Assembly: GCA_002269645.1 (NCBI GenBank)
Contig: NIVC01000861.1
Location: forward strand, 310,001-374,000
Source: Macrostomum lignano
Lineage: Eukaryota
Reading direction: 5' to 3'
DNA length: 64,000 nucleotides
The position numbers and the translations under genes are program-made. The first letter of the stretch is position 1. Every line of letters begins with the position of its first letter. Of the stretch, positions 12,201-24,278 are shown piece by piece. The notes under the pieces are model-generated. The model was not told the origin of the DNA, made no database searches, and saw nothing but the letters and a program-made list of their open reading frames with translations.

Positions 12201-15200
12201 TGCATTTTGATTTGCTTGAAGTATCTTCTCAAATCGCACGCGAATGTTGGATCAAATTTACTTTGATTTTAACTTTAATTTGAATTTAATGCAAAACATA
12301 CTCGTACTATAATAAAATCGCAGGACGAAGTGCCCGAAGACCAGATTTTATCTGCCAACGTTGCCGCTTCTCCCGAAGTTTTTGCCGAGGACTCCGAGAT
12401 GCAGCTGAAAATTCATCTATCTAAGCTGGCTCTGCTGGTGTACGGTTGCGACGGTCACGTGACGGTGGTCGACTTAGAGAAGAATGCAAGCGATGCTTTC
12501 TGTTGACCGTTGATCTGGAAATACACAGCTGACATCCACCCACGCCTCTGCCCCTCTGCCCTAGATAACTTCTTTCCCGCTCTTACACCAGCTGACATCC
12601 ACCCACGCCTCTGCCCCTCTGCCCTAGATAACTTCTTTCCCGCTCTTACACCAGCTGACATCCACCCTACGCCTCTGCCCCTCTGCCCTAGTCCCTAGAT
12701 AACTTCTTTCTCGCTCTTACACGTACACCAGCTGACATCCACCCACGCCTCTGCCCCTCTGCCCTAGATAACTTCTTTCTCGCTCTTACACGTACACCAG
12801 CTGACATCCACCCCACGCCTCTGCCCCTCTGCCCTAGATAACTTCTTTCCCGCTCTTACACGTACACCAGCTGATATCCACCCACGCCTCTGCCCCTCTG
12901 CCCTAGATAACTTCTCTCCCGCTCTCACTCCGACACCCACCTCACACCTTCATTTGGTTACTATTATAATATTTACGTGCAGGAAGTCGCCGTCAAAGTG
13001 CGCGCCCACAGCTACACCAACGGTGGTGTGCTATCCGCAGCATTGTCGCTTGACGGCAAGTCTCTACTAACTACCGGATACGACGGCAGCCTGTGCCGAT
13101 TTTCTGTCAGGTGAGAATGGTGATTGGGAAGGAAGATAGAGAAGCAAGACGGGGAAGGAAGGTGGGAAAGAAAGATAGAAAGAGCCTGTAGCCAATAGCG
13201 ATCTCCGCACATCGCACCTCGTCCACGTTCGCACCCCCGCAGGCTGCCAGACGAGCTCTCCGCCAAATTTACCGACTGGGAGCTGGCCTTCAGCTCCGAC
13301 CGGATGAGTGCCATCACCGCCGAGAACGAGGCATCGGCCGGAATGCCGACGTGGACCCAGCCGACCGAACGGCCTGAACGACGAGTTTCCGAGTGCGATG
13401 ACGACGGCGCGGCGTCTGGAACGTCCTCAGCTCGCCGGGTCTCGAACTCGACCTGGCTGCACGATCAGGAGCGCGAAGCCCTGACAGAGGAGGATAGAAA
13501 ATACGCCGACAAGAAGACCGAACTGCGCGACAGGCTGTCGGAGATGCGCAGCCACATCAAAGCCATGGTGGATAAAAATGCTGCCGAATCGGACGAGTTG
13601 GAGAGGCTCGATCCGCACGAGTTCGAGCTCGACTTGGACGAGCAGGCCAAGTTCGGTCAGGAGACTGATAGTGAGGTGCGAAAGCATTCACCGTGTTTTC
13701 AAGTTCAAAGTTCAGAGGATTTTATTTAAGGGAATGTTTTTGATGAGGATTTCCTAGGAATACAGAGGATCCAATGGATAGGGAGTTTCTAGGAATGGGA
13801 GAATCTCATTAGGGAGATTCTAGGAATGGGATAATCTCATTAGGGAGATTCTAGGAATGGGAGAATCTTGTTATAGATTTTCTAGGAATGGGATAATCTT
13901 GTTAGGGATTGTCTAGGAATGGGATAATCTTGTTAGGGATTTTCTAGGAATGGGATAATCTTGTTAGGGATTGTCTAGGAATGGGATAATCTTGTTAGGG
14001 ATTGTCTAGGAATGGGATAATCTTGTTAGGGATTTTCTAGGAATGGGATAATCTTGTTAGGGATTTTCTAGGAAAGGGATAATCTTGTTAGGGATTTTCT
14101 AGGAATGGGATAATCTTGTTAGGGCTTTTCTAGGAATGGGATAATCTTGTTAGGGATTTTCTAGGAATGGGATAATCTTGTTAGGGATTTTCTAGGAATG
14201 CAGGAATCTCATTAGGGCTTTTCTAGGAATGGGATAATCTTGTTAGGGCTTTTCTAGGAATGGGATAATCTTGTTAGGGATTTTCTAGGAATGGGAGAAT
14301 CTTGTTAGGGATTTTCTAGGAATGGGAGAATCTTGTTAGGGATTTTCTATGAATGGGAGAATCTTGTTAGGGATTTTATAGGAATGCGAGAATCTCATTA
14401 GGGATTTATAGGAATGGGAGAATCTTGTTATAGAGTTTCTAGGAATGTAGGAATCTTATTAGGGATTTTATAGGAATGCGAGAATCTCATTAGAGATTTT
14501 CTAGGAATTACAGAATCGCATTTGATAGGGATTTTGAAAAGACGGGAGAATCCCATCGATGTGGATTAGGGAAAATATGAATGATTATCGCATGGCTCAT
14601 CCGCTAACGCAGGTGGCCAGCGTTCGCAAGCGCATCGGGCTGGAAAATCTGGCCAAGAAGTTCCTCGCCGAGGTCATAAAACGCGAATGCTGGGAAGAAA
14701 TGGAGGTCAAAGGTCGCAGTATTGTAACGTTCGGCGCCCCCCTAGAGGTGTCGAACTACCCGCTGAGACCGCAGACTAAAGAAGAGCAGGATCGACTCGA
14801 TCAGGTTGCCAAGCGGCGAGTGATAGAGATTCAGGAGGCCAAAGACAGGCGCGAGCTGCTGGACTCTCATAGCAAGGATCAGCAGGTAACTAAAGCGTTG
14901 GAAAAATTCTAATCAACACATTTTTGTTGCTTTTTTCATATGCTCCTACTTACGAGTCAGTGACAAGCAGTATTCCGCAGGTTTTTAAAGAATTTCATAT
15001 TAATTATTACTTAAAAATATGAGAAAATGATATAGTCTCGGTTGCCTTTTGCTAATATTTTTACTTACGAGTCTAGTGACGAGTAGTATTCCTCAGACAT
15101 AAAGCTAAATCGTAGTAGTTTACATGAAATTGCTAACAACAATTCGTTACAATTTAAAGCCGCTGGAAGATGCCATTAAAACGCGATTCAACCTGAAGGT

Positions 15201-18200
15201 AAACGAATCAATGATGGTTATCTTCTTAGAATTTTTTGACTGGAAGAGTACTTATAAGGCACTTTTTTAGTTTATACTTTCTTCTTTGTGTTGCACTCAA
15301 TGCATTTAATTTATATGTTTTATGGAATATTAATTTATATTCGAAGTAAAGGCAGTTATTACTGTTCCGCACGCACTGGTGCTGTTATGGGTGCACAAAA
15401 CTCTTGTCGCTGTTTTCTCCTTAAGATAAAAGTGCGTTCTATACTACTTGGATTAAAAGAAACTTTATATAAATCACGATTATTATTGCAACGATGACAA
15501 TAGATATAATTGGCGTTTATGTCTATGATACACTTGTAAATGACTAATCTTCTCTAAGTATATTTCAGCGTCATAAAAAGTTTAATATTTTCACGCATTT
15601 AATTGCTAAATTTATTTGAAGGCCGAAGGCGCCGATGAGGAGACCCAGGAGCAGCAGGAGGAGCAGGATTCTATCACTCTGCAGGGCAGTGCAGGTGAGA
15701 ATTGCTGTTCTGGTTGAAGTTTATGATGCATTAAAGGCACATGCGGTTCTGGTGCTTTTGGCTTTTAATAATCCGCTTTAATGCTTGTATTCTACATTGT
15801 TTACATGTACTTTTATACTTTTGTGCCCCTGTTTTTCCACAGAAAGTCCTGGTACACCTGTTCTCCCTCAGAAGTCCCTGGCACACCTGTTCTCTCTCAG
15901 AAGTCCCTGACATCCCTGTTCACCGCAGAAGGGTTCCTGACACACCTGTTCTCCCTCAAAAGTTCCTGACATCCCTGTTCACCGCAGAAGGGTTCCTGAC
16001 ACACCTGTTCTCCCTCAAAAGTTCCTGACATCCCTGTTCACCGAGAAGGGTTCCTGACACACCTGTTCTCCCTCAAAAGTTCCTGACATCCCTGTTCTCC
16101 GCAGAAGGGTTCCTGACACACCTGTTCTCCCTCAAAAGTTCCTGACATCCCTGTTCACCTCAGAAGTCCCTTGCACCACTATTGAGTCTTTTACATGCAC
16201 TAATCTGCAATCGCTTCTAGTAAACAGTTTTAATTTCGCTTGAATGATAAAATAGACTAATACATGTATAAAAGATTAATCTAAATATCACACTATCAAT
16301 TTAAATTTGAATCATATTTTTTTAGTTCAAATTCTTGGGTCATGGAAATTTTCAACTTCTCAGCCTTACCTAACTGATAACTTTTGCATCGCTTATTAAA
16401 GATTGGGGGGAGTAGCCATATTCTATATAGTGTGCATTCAAGCTTGCCAGCTTGAACAATTTTAATCAAATTTTAATGATATGAAAATTGCAAATAGCCC
16501 ACTATTATTAACAAAAATATGCAAACTCGACTCTTTTCTCGAATCGTCAACAGTCATCACAGACAAGGGTTCAGGTAAATCTATTAACAAATTATTTTTA
16601 ATAAGCCTGGAAAAGTAACTAACAATGCTATTTAAAGTTTTTTCTTTGCTTAAAAATGCATTTCCAAAATATTCCGGAAAATGTTGCTCGTCAGAAAAAA
16701 GATACGTTACTAAAGCCGGCAGCTCTTAATTTTTACGTTGCTTCGGAATAGCTTTATTGGATTTCTTAGAAAATTGCAAAATTCACGAGAAAAGTACATT
16801 GAAATACTAACCTGTTGTTACTAAAAAGTCGATTTTTACTACTAAAATTAACAGACCACTCAGTTAAATAAGTAAGACAAGTTGTAAAGTAATTATTAAT
16901 ACTTTTTTAAAATGTGAAGTATAACAAATACATTTACGATAAAGTTCATTAAAACATCATCGTTAAAAAATCACCTCGTTTTGAGTGATATCAAAGCGTT
17001 TACTAACTGAAACCATTTATCAACGAGCTCATAGTAAATGCAAATATGCCAAAAAGTTTTCAAAAAATACTGTATGCGATTTTATGACTGACAAAATTGC
17101 AATTCAAAATTAAACAGCTAGCAAGTTACGGACAGTGTAACACCGTTTTTATTTTTTATTTTTAGCTGAGCGATTCGGCATTCTCAAGTCGATGTTTTAC
17201 TCGCAGTTTGAGCTGCACTCCCGGGAGCAGAAGATTAATCAGATTGTGCTTCTGCAGGTGAGCCAATTGTTTCTAATTAGTAAATACGCCATTTATTAAT
17301 AACAGGTCTGACATTTGAAGCTTGCATTCTTACGATTTCTTTCCTAAAAATCGCATTTATGGAACTCCCTGCAGGGTCGTCGTTGGATTTCCCTAAAAAT
17401 AAAATAGAATTTTCCGGATTTCATATTTGGTGTTTGAGTGAAACCAAAATATAGAGGAATATTCTGTCATTGCAGTAACATTGTATATGTACGGATTTCC
17501 TTGTATTGCATTGCATATTTCCAGGATTCCACGAATTTCCCGCAGGGATTTCCCAGGTCTCACAATGCTGTCCCGAATTTGGCACAGGGATTTCCCAGAA
17601 TTCACTCTGGGTTTCCCTGCATATCTCACATTTTGTCAAACGGGACTTCCCATAGACTCGCACAAGAATGACTTCCCAGAATTCACACAAGGATTCTCTA
17701 GAATTCACACCAGATATTTTTGAGATTCCACACAGATTTCCGAGAACTCACACAAGGGTTTCCCGGAATTCTCACAGGGATTCCCCAGAACTCACACAGG
17801 GATTTCCTAAATCTTGCACAGGGATTTCCCAGAATTGCCCCAGAGATTTCCCGGAAATCACCCAGGGATTCCCCAGAACTCACACCAGGGATTTTCGAGA
17901 TCCCACAGAGTTCTCAAGACTCACACTGGTATTTTCCAAAACTAAAAAAAGTATTTCTCGGATCTTTCACTACTTTTCTTTCAACTCCCACTAAATTTTC
18001 CTGAGACGACACAAGCAATGAACTAAACCTCAAACTCGCCAAACAACAACTCGAACCAGGACTCGATCCGGCACATCAAGACCGGCTTCAACAAGGCATT
18101 CAACGAAGTTTACAAGAAGAAAGACCAGGAGATGAGCAAAATTCGCGAAAGAAATTTGCGAGTAAAGAAGATCGTATCGGATCTGGGCTTGCCAACCGCC

Positions 18201-21200
18201 GTGTCGGATCCGAACTTTGTGGCCGTTGAGAAGCCCGAGCTGCTGTTCACTGTAAGCGACAGCGAGGTCACCGTTGAGAAATACTTGACGCCGGAGCAGC
18301 AGAAGAAGCTCGTAGAGGAGCGTCAAGCTGAGGATGATCGACTCAGACGGGAGAGGCTGGACAACTGGCGAGAGCGCGGCCTGGACAAGATGATGGGCGG
18401 AGTGCTGGAGGTGCACAAGGAGGACGAGCTCAAGAAGGACATTCCTAAGCCGGCGTTTATGATTAATAAGCAGGTGAGGGAATTGGTGAACAGGTGCATA
18501 CATCGGAGAATCTGTGAATGGGTAAACCTGTGAATGGGTAAACCTGTGAATGGATGAACCTGTTAAAGGGGTGAACCTGTGAACGGGTGAGCCTGTGAAT
18601 GGATGAACCTGTGAATGGGTGAACCTGTGAATGGGTGAACCTGTGAATGGGTGAACCTGTGAATGGGTGAACCTGTGAATGGGTGAACCTGTGAATGGGT
18701 GAACCTGTGAATGAGTGAACCTGTGAATGGGTGAACCTGTGAATGGGTGAACCTGTGAATGGGTGAACCTGTGAATGGGTGAACCTGTGAATGAGTGAAC
18801 CTGTGAATGGGTGAACCTGTGAATGGGTGAACCTGTGAACGGGTGAGCCTGTGAATGGGTGAACCTATGAATGGGTACAAACTTGTGAATCGGTACAAAC
18901 TGTAAATTGTTAAATCTGTGGGTGTGTGAATCTTTGAATGGATAAACTTAGGAAACCGTGAACAAGTGAATATGTGTATATGTCAATTGATCAGACTGTG
19001 AATTAGTGAACCTGTGAATGGGTGCACCTGTGAATGGGTGGATCTGCAAATTTTTTGAATTTGTGAACGTGGATAACGTCGGTGAACCGTTGATGAATCT
19101 GTGAAAATGTACATGTATAGCCACGATGACGTCCCAATGTCCACTGCAATTCCAGGAAACCGAATGGAACGAAGAGGAACGAAAAGCAGCCGAAGACTAC
19201 GAGCGCCGGGTTAGGGAACTACAAGAGGAGCGAGAGAAATATCGCAAGCAGCTCGAGGCCGAATTGAAGAAGCTACAGGTGAGAAATTTCTTCCTTGTAG
19301 ATACGCCAAACCACTTGATGTTTGAAACAAAACTGCAGATTTTGATTATCGACTTTAGTTGATCATTGAAATCGGCTGTCTCACAGGCGCCGATTTGGGA
19401 GTCTCAAAGGCGCCGATTTGGGAGTCTCAAAGGCGCCGTTTTGCGTGTCTTAAAGGCGCCAACTTGTGTGGCTCACTGGCGACAATTTTTAGTGTCTCAA
19501 AGGCGCCGATTTGTGTGTCTCATAAGCGCCGATTTGGGAGTATCAAAGGCGCCGATTTGGGTGTCTCAAAAAGGCGCCAATTAGGGTGTCTCAAAGGCGC
19601 CGATTTGTGTGTCTCATAAGCGCCGATTTAGGGTATCAAAGGCGCCGATTTGGGAGTCTCAAAGGCGCCAATTAGGGTGTTTCAAAGGCGCTAATTCGGG
19701 TGTCTCAACGGCGCTAATTTGGGTGTCTCACAGCACCAAATCGGGTGGCTCACAAGCGCCAAATTTGTGTGCCTCTAGGCGCCGCTTTGGGTGTCTCACA
19801 GACCGCCAACTTGATTTTAAATGCTAGCTTCTCAGATGTTTTTAATTAGCGCCAAACAAGCCAGACTCACCCAAAACGCTCACCTCGCGCACCGATTTCT
19901 AGGGCCTCACGGAGGACAACATGACGTCATTCGATCAGGAGCTCCGACAGCTGTTCTCCCTCAAAGTCAAAACCCAGTCTGCTGTGGTGCACGAGGAGCT
20001 GAAGATCTACCGGCTGAGGCTGGCGCTGCTCATCGAGGAGGAGCTCAGCGTTCGCGAGCAGGAGCTCGCTAGCCAACTGACGAAGCGTCGAGCCGCCCTA
20101 GAGGATCTCGGACCCCTGATCGACCGCAGTCGCAAGCTGGTGAAGACCCAGGACGAGCAGATTCAATACGCCAAGTCCGACAACGAGTACATGGAGAAGA
20201 ACTTTTCCGCTTTCAAGAAAGAATTTCCAGAAATTTCCGCAGCAATGGCCGACACGCTGCACAAAATGTACAAGAAGAAATTGCCCCAGTAAGTGTTGCC
20301 AACACATTATTACAATATAAACAGTAGCGTTACCTTGATTATGTCTTTTTTAACTTAAAAAAGGCGGTGGCCCCTTTGATGTCCCGACACCGTTTCTTAT
20401 CTCTCATTTTTAACTTGATAACGGCGGCCCCTTTGATGTCCCGACACCGTTTCTTATCTCTCATTTTTAACTTGATAACGGCGGCCACTTTGAAGTCCCG
20501 ACACCGTTTCTTATCTCTCATTTTTAACTTGATAACGGCGGCCACTTTGAAGTCCCGACACCGTTTCTTATCTCTCATTTTTAACTTGATAACGGCGGCC
20601 ACTTTGATGTTCCGACACCGTTTCTTATCTCTTATTTTAAACTTGAAAAGGGTGGTAAGAACCTTTGATGTCTCGACAATAATCCATATTTATCATTTTT
20701 AACTTGTTAACAGCGGCATACTTTTGATGTTCCGACACCTATTATCTCTTATTTTGAACTTATAATATAATGCTAGCATTGATAGTCGATAACCAAATTC
20801 TTATCAAAACAACTCAATTTGCAGATTGAAGATCAAAGCCGGTCTGGGCGAAGCGCCGTTCAATCCGTACGGAAACCGGCCGACAACGGCCAGCCGACAG
20901 GAGGGCGCCCGACAGGCTCTGGGACAGGTGAATAATGGTTTTTAAAGAGACGAATATTCTGATAAATTGACAAGGTGTTTTTCTGCACTAGCTGATGAGT
21001 TCATGAATGAATAAGTTCACAGAATCCGTCAGAACATTTTTGTTTGACTGTCGCGTCACCTGACCTAGTTGACCCTAGTTCGATTCTAAATTAATTTAAG
21101 GCTTACGAGGACCAACCCCCAAGACATGCCTGATGGTTAGAAAGTCAACGGGCCACTGTACATCCTCTATGAGCGCGTGCCTGCGTACAGTATTGGCACA

Positions 21201-24200
21201 TTTGAATGTGCTCAGGAATCTGCGGAATGTGCAGAATTGCATCATCAGTACTGGTTGTGGGACGATGTCAAGTGGGATTTCGCAGCATCCAATAAGCGAT
21301 ATACTTTGATCAAATAACAACAGGTGCTTCGCGAGCAGGACGACGAGAGGCACATGCCGTCGGGCCTCGACGCCCACGTGTGGCAGCGCTTCTGCCAGCT
21401 GAGGCGGGCCAAGCGCGAGAAAGAGCTGCTGATTGGCGACATGACCCTGGCGCTGTCCGAGTTTCAAGCGTTTGTCACTAAGCGCGAGTCTGAGTACAAC
21501 CAGATGCAGGCCGATGCAGAGAACTTGAAACTGCTGCAGGTGAGTGCTTGGTCTCCGATTAACGCTAAAGTACCATAAGAGAGAGAGAGAACGAGATAAA
21601 GGGAGAGAGACTGAGATGAAGGGAGAGAGACTGAGATAAAGGGAGAGAGACTGAGATAAAGTTAGACAGACTGAGATAAAGTTAGAGAGACTGAGATAAA
21701 GGGAGAGAGACTGAGATAAAGGGAGAGAGACTGAGATGAAGGGAGAGAGACTGAGATAAAGGGAGAGAGACTGAGATAAAGGGAGAGAGACTGAGATAAA
21801 GGGAGAGAGACTGAGATAAAGGGAGAGAGACTGAGATGAAGGGAGAGAGACTGAGATAAAGGGAGAGAGACTGAGATAAAGTTAGAGAGACTGAGATAAA
21901 GGGAGAGAGACTGATATAAAGTTAGAGAGACTGAGATAAAGGGAGAGAGACTGAGATGAAGGGAGAGAGACTGAGATAAAGGGAGAAAGACTGAGATAAA
22001 GGGAGAGAGACTGGGATAAAGGGAGAGAGAGACTAATAAGATAAAGGACAATACAATAGATACAGTTTAGCTTCTTAGCCGCCAAGCAATTGCAACAATC
22101 TGCTTCCAGGAGCAACTAGCCAATCAGCGAGCCCAGTTCGCTAACAACCTGGAGGTGCAGCTGCTGGTCAAGCAGGGTCAAGTAGAGGTCGAACCGCGCG
22201 ACGACTTTATCATTGACTTCGCCGACAGCCTTCTGCTCAGCCGCGGTGTAGTGGAGGACCTCAATAGCAAGATCAAGACCCTGGGCGAGGCCAAGGTGCG
22301 GTTCATGGAGGAGGCCAAAGACTCCAAGAAGACGTTCCGCCGACTCGAATGGGAACTCCGCGGCATGCGGATGGACGCCGAGGATCTCATTAATAAGCTG
22401 CGCGATATTAATAGCTTCAAGATAACGCGCGAAATTCAGAGGGTAGGACTAAGATCTTAGTGCATTTAAAAGTTATACTACTTACTAGAATCTTTTGATT
22501 TGAGTAGTTACAGTTGGACAGAGCAAGACTTATCTGATGTTACGCAAAATGCATATAATCCAGTCTCATTGTTAAGCTCCAGTGGCCCTTCCTGACACCA
22601 ATATCCAGTGACAGTTTTATACTGCAGTGGCCCTTCCTGACACCAATATCCAGTGACTGTTTTATACTGCAGTGGCCCTTCCTGACACCAATATCCAGTG
22701 ACAGTTTTATACTGCAGTGGGACTTCCTGACACCAATATCCAGTGACAGTTTTATACTGCAGTGGCCCTTCCTGACACCAATATCCAGTGACAGTTTTAT
22801 ACTGCAGTGGGACTTCCTGACACCAATATCCAGTGACAGTTTTATACTGCAGTGGCCCTTCCTGACACCAATATCCAGTGACAGTTTTATACTCCGGTGG
22901 CCCTTCCTGACATCAATATCCAGTGACATTCTTGAACTCAGTTTTAATTCACCTATTTACACCCAATTTCAGTACCTGTCAACTGAGGACTACGACGGCT
23001 TGATCAACAGCGAGATTCAGAAGCTGGACCAGGCAATCGAGCTCATGAAAAAGGTTGGTTATAAAATATAGAGGACATTTAGCTAGACTGACTACTATTA
23101 ACCAATAAAATATTTCTTCAAACCTACCAAAATATCTGCTCCAGCATCACGCCAAAATGATTGAGATGAAACAAGCCAGGCTGAAGGAACTGTCCGAGGT
23201 GAAATCTGGACAATTGGCAAAGAGAAATGAGCGACTAGACGCTGAGCTGGAGGAAATGAATGTTGGCGTTAACGAGCGAGTGCACATCGAGGAGACTAAT
23301 GGTGAGAGTGCATTGGGAATGCTGACGGCTGCATAAGGATTCAGCTAGACTGTGTGCCAAGCTGCTATAAAGTTTTGCAGACACAGGGGGATGAGAAAGA
23401 ATTGGGATACGAAGAGAAACCGAGGCAGGAGAGAGGCGGAAAAAGAGAGGGGAGAGGAGATGGGACGAGAGAGAGACAGGAGGGAAGAGGAGAGAGGAGA
23501 GAGGAGAGGATAAAGGCGAGAGGAGATGGGACGAGAGAGAGACAGGAGGGAAGAGGAGAGAGGAGAGAGGAGAGGATAAAGGCGAGAGGAGATGGGACGA
23601 GAGAGAGACAGGAGGGAAGAGGAGAGAGGAGAGAGGAGAGGATAAAGGCGAGAGGAGATGGGACGAGAGAGAGACAGGAGGGAAGAGGAGAGAGGAGAGG
23701 ATAAAGGCGAGAGGAGATGGGACGAGAGAGAGACAGGAGGGAAGAGGAGAGAGGAGAGAGGAGAGTATAAAGGCGAGAGGAGATGGGACGAGAGAGAGAC
23801 AGGAGGGAAGAGGAGAGAGGAGAGAGGAGAGGATAAAGGCGAGAGGAGATGGGACGAGAGAGAGACAGGAGGGAAGAGAAGAGAGGAGAGAGGAGAGGAT
23901 AAAGGCGAGAGGAGATGGGACGAGAGAGAGACAGGAGGAGAGAGGAGAGGATAAAGAGGAGAGGAGGGGAGAGAGAAGAGGGGAGAGAGGAGATGAGAGA
24001 GGGGAGAGGAGTTAGAAATGATCCAAAGGGAGAGATTGAGAACGCATAGAGGGAGAGATCTAAACCGATATTATAAAAAGAGCAACTGCAACTGGCCGCC
24101 AATTGCAGCGGAGAAACGTGACGAGTCGCACGCCGCCAAGAAGCGGTACGAGCAGATTCTGCAACGCCAGCGACTTGTTGACCTGGCCAAAGCTCAAGCC

Positions 24201-24278
24201 AAAGAGGTGGCGGTGCTCAGAGCTGAAGTTGAACGGCTTCGAATGCGCACCTTCCCCGCCCTGGTGCACACCAAGTAA
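3137..24278 (+). CDS. CFAP43: Cilia- and flagella-associated protein 43 (WD40 repeats plus long C-terminal coiled coil), about 1713 aa core isoform
   Basis: Exons: 3137-3162, 3762-4021, 4279-4571, 5751-6122, 6366-6743, 7142-7225, 7805-8207, 9002-9183, 12324-12485, 12983-13110, 13243-13675, 14613-14885, 15622-15694, 17166-17257, 18060-18473, 19156-19278, 19903-20288, 20825-20927, 21324-21539, 22110-22442, 22973-23053, 23145-23301, 24109-24278. The total is 5142 nt and all phases are consistent. Recognisable segments include [88 protein letters not shown] and the C-terminal [10 protein letters not shown]. Confidence 0.93.
4790..5737. repeat. Intronic minisatellite, 19-20 bp unit AAGACACTAAAATACCCC(C)
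   Basis: Dozens of near-identical units running up to the 5750 acceptor. Confidence 0.95.
6137..6341. repeat. (CAGA)n microsatellite in intron 6123-6365
   Basis: Directly visible. Confidence 0.95.
6768..7035. repeat. Intronic minisatellite, about 30 bp unit GTTAATCCTGGGATTATCGTGTGCTCAGAT
   Basis: About 8 units. Confidence 0.9.
7231..7784. repeat. Pure (TCAG)n microsatellite, about 138 units
   Basis: Uninterrupted; begins immediately after the GTAAG donor. Confidence 0.97.
8240..8885. repeat. Intronic minisatellite, 14-bp unit GAGAGGAGGGTATT with higher-order variants
   Basis: Directly visible. Confidence 0.92.
9469..9528 (+). CDS. Candidate CFAP43 micro-exon [20 protein letters not shown] (60 nt, phase 0; tandem CAGCAG acceptor, alternative start 9472)
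   Basis: TTTCAG acceptor, GTACAA donor, stop-free. Confidence 0.6.
9664..9690 (+). CDS. Candidate micro-exon ENFLEELKK (27 nt, phase 0)
   Basis: TTTTGTAG acceptor, AAG|GTATTT donor. Confidence 0.65.
9861..9890 (+). CDS. Candidate micro-exon [10 protein letters not shown] (30 nt, phase 0)
   Basis: AAACCAG acceptor, CAG|GTATAC donor. Confidence 0.65.
10042..10077 (+). CDS. Candidate micro-exon [12 protein letters not shown] (36 nt, phase 0)
   Basis: CTTCTTTTTAG acceptor, GAG|GTAATT donor. Confidence 0.7.
10238..10288 (+). CDS. Candidate micro-exon [17 protein letters not shown] (51 nt, phase 0; alternative acceptor gives start 10244)
   Basis: AAG acceptor (or the CAG 6 nt downstream), consensus donor G|GTAAGT. 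Confidence 0.65.
10475..10495 (+). CDS. Candidate micro-exon FMELYKK (21 nt, phase 0)
   Basis: ATTATTTCAG acceptor, AAG|GTAAAA donor. Confidence 0.65.
10711..10761 (+). CDS. Candidate micro-exon [17 protein letters not shown] (51 nt, phase 0)
   Basis: TTTTTATTCGTTTAG acceptor, CAG|GTAACT donor. Confidence 0.7.
11113..11139 (+). CDS. Candidate micro-exon LEKYSKLRQ (27 nt, phase 0)
   Basis: CACTAAAG acceptor, CAG|GTAATT donor. Confidence 0.6.
11232..11258 (+). CDS. Candidate micro-exon IHRKHEEES (27 nt, phase 0)
   Basis: CGCGAAG acceptor, TCG|GTAAAT donor. Confidence 0.55.
11358..11414 (+). CDS. Candidate micro-exon [19 protein letters not shown] (57 nt, phase 0)
   Basis: ATGTTTAG acceptor, GAG|GTTTGT donor. 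Confidence 0.6.
11634..11873 (+). CDS. Candidate 240-nt phase-0 cassette exon ([12 protein letters not shown]...AVNQRPDE)
   Basis: GC-rich, coding-like island inside AT-rich intron; CACACAG acceptor, GAG|GTGTCC donor; lies within the supplied ORF 11613-11936. Confidence 0.65.
12527..12925. repeat. Intronic minisatellite, about 60-70 bp unit (CAGCTGACATCCACCCACGCCTCTGCCCCTCTGCCCTAGATAAC...)
   Basis: About 6 units inside the GC-AG intron. Confidence 0.92.
13790..14520. repeat. Intronic minisatellite, about 30 bp unit TTCTAGGAATGGGATAATCTTGTTAGGGAT
   Basis: Directly visible. Confidence 0.92.
15160..15198 (+). CDS. Candidate micro-exon [13 protein letters not shown] (39 nt, phase 0)
   Basis: TTTAAAG acceptor, AAG|GTAAAC donor; host intron 14886-15621 is phase 0. 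Confidence 0.6.
15828..16170. repeat. Intronic minisatellite, about 60-bp dimer of 30-bp subunits (GTTCCTGACACACCTGTTCTCCCTCAAAA)
   Basis: Directly visible. Confidence 0.88.
16554..16574 (+). CDS. Candidate 21-nt micro-exon adding VITDKGS (phase 1)
   Basis: CAACAG acceptor, CAG|GTAAAT donor; host intron 15695-17165 is phase 1 and the insert is stop-free in that phase. Confidence 0.6.
17545..17930. repeat. Degenerate intronic minisatellite, about 22 bp (GGGATTTCCCAGAACTCACACA)
   Basis: Recurrent motif with diverged copies. Confidence 0.75.
18515..19050. repeat. Intronic minisatellite, 16-bp unit GTGAATGGGTGAACCT
   Basis: Directly visible. Confidence 0.93.
19378..19800. repeat. Intronic minisatellite, 23-bp unit AAGGCGCCGATTTGGGAGTCTCA
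   Basis: Directly visible. Confidence 0.88.
20363..20645. repeat. Intronic minisatellite, 60-bp unit
   Basis: About 4.5 copies of ...CCCGACACCGTTTCTTATCTCTCATTTTTAACTTGATAACGGCGGCC... Confidence 0.92.
21590..22040. repeat. Intronic minisatellite, 20-bp unit GGGAGAGAGACTGAGATAAA
   Basis: Directly visible. Confidence 0.93.
22578..22928. repeat. Intronic minisatellite, 48-bp unit CAGTGGCCCTTCCTGACACCAATATCCAGTGACAGTTTTATACTG...
   Basis: About 7 copies. Confidence 0.9.
23420..24010. repeat. Intronic GA-rich minisatellite, about 60-bp unit
   Basis: Repeats of AAAGGCGAGAGGAGATGGGACGAGAGAGAGACAGGAGGGAAGAGGAGAGAGG. Confidence 0.9.

Noticed and set aside
14957-14980. Possible 24-nt micro-exon SVTSSIPQ
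   Set aside because: The GAG acceptor and GTTTTT donor are both poor, and the sequence is a local duplicate of about 15066-15096.
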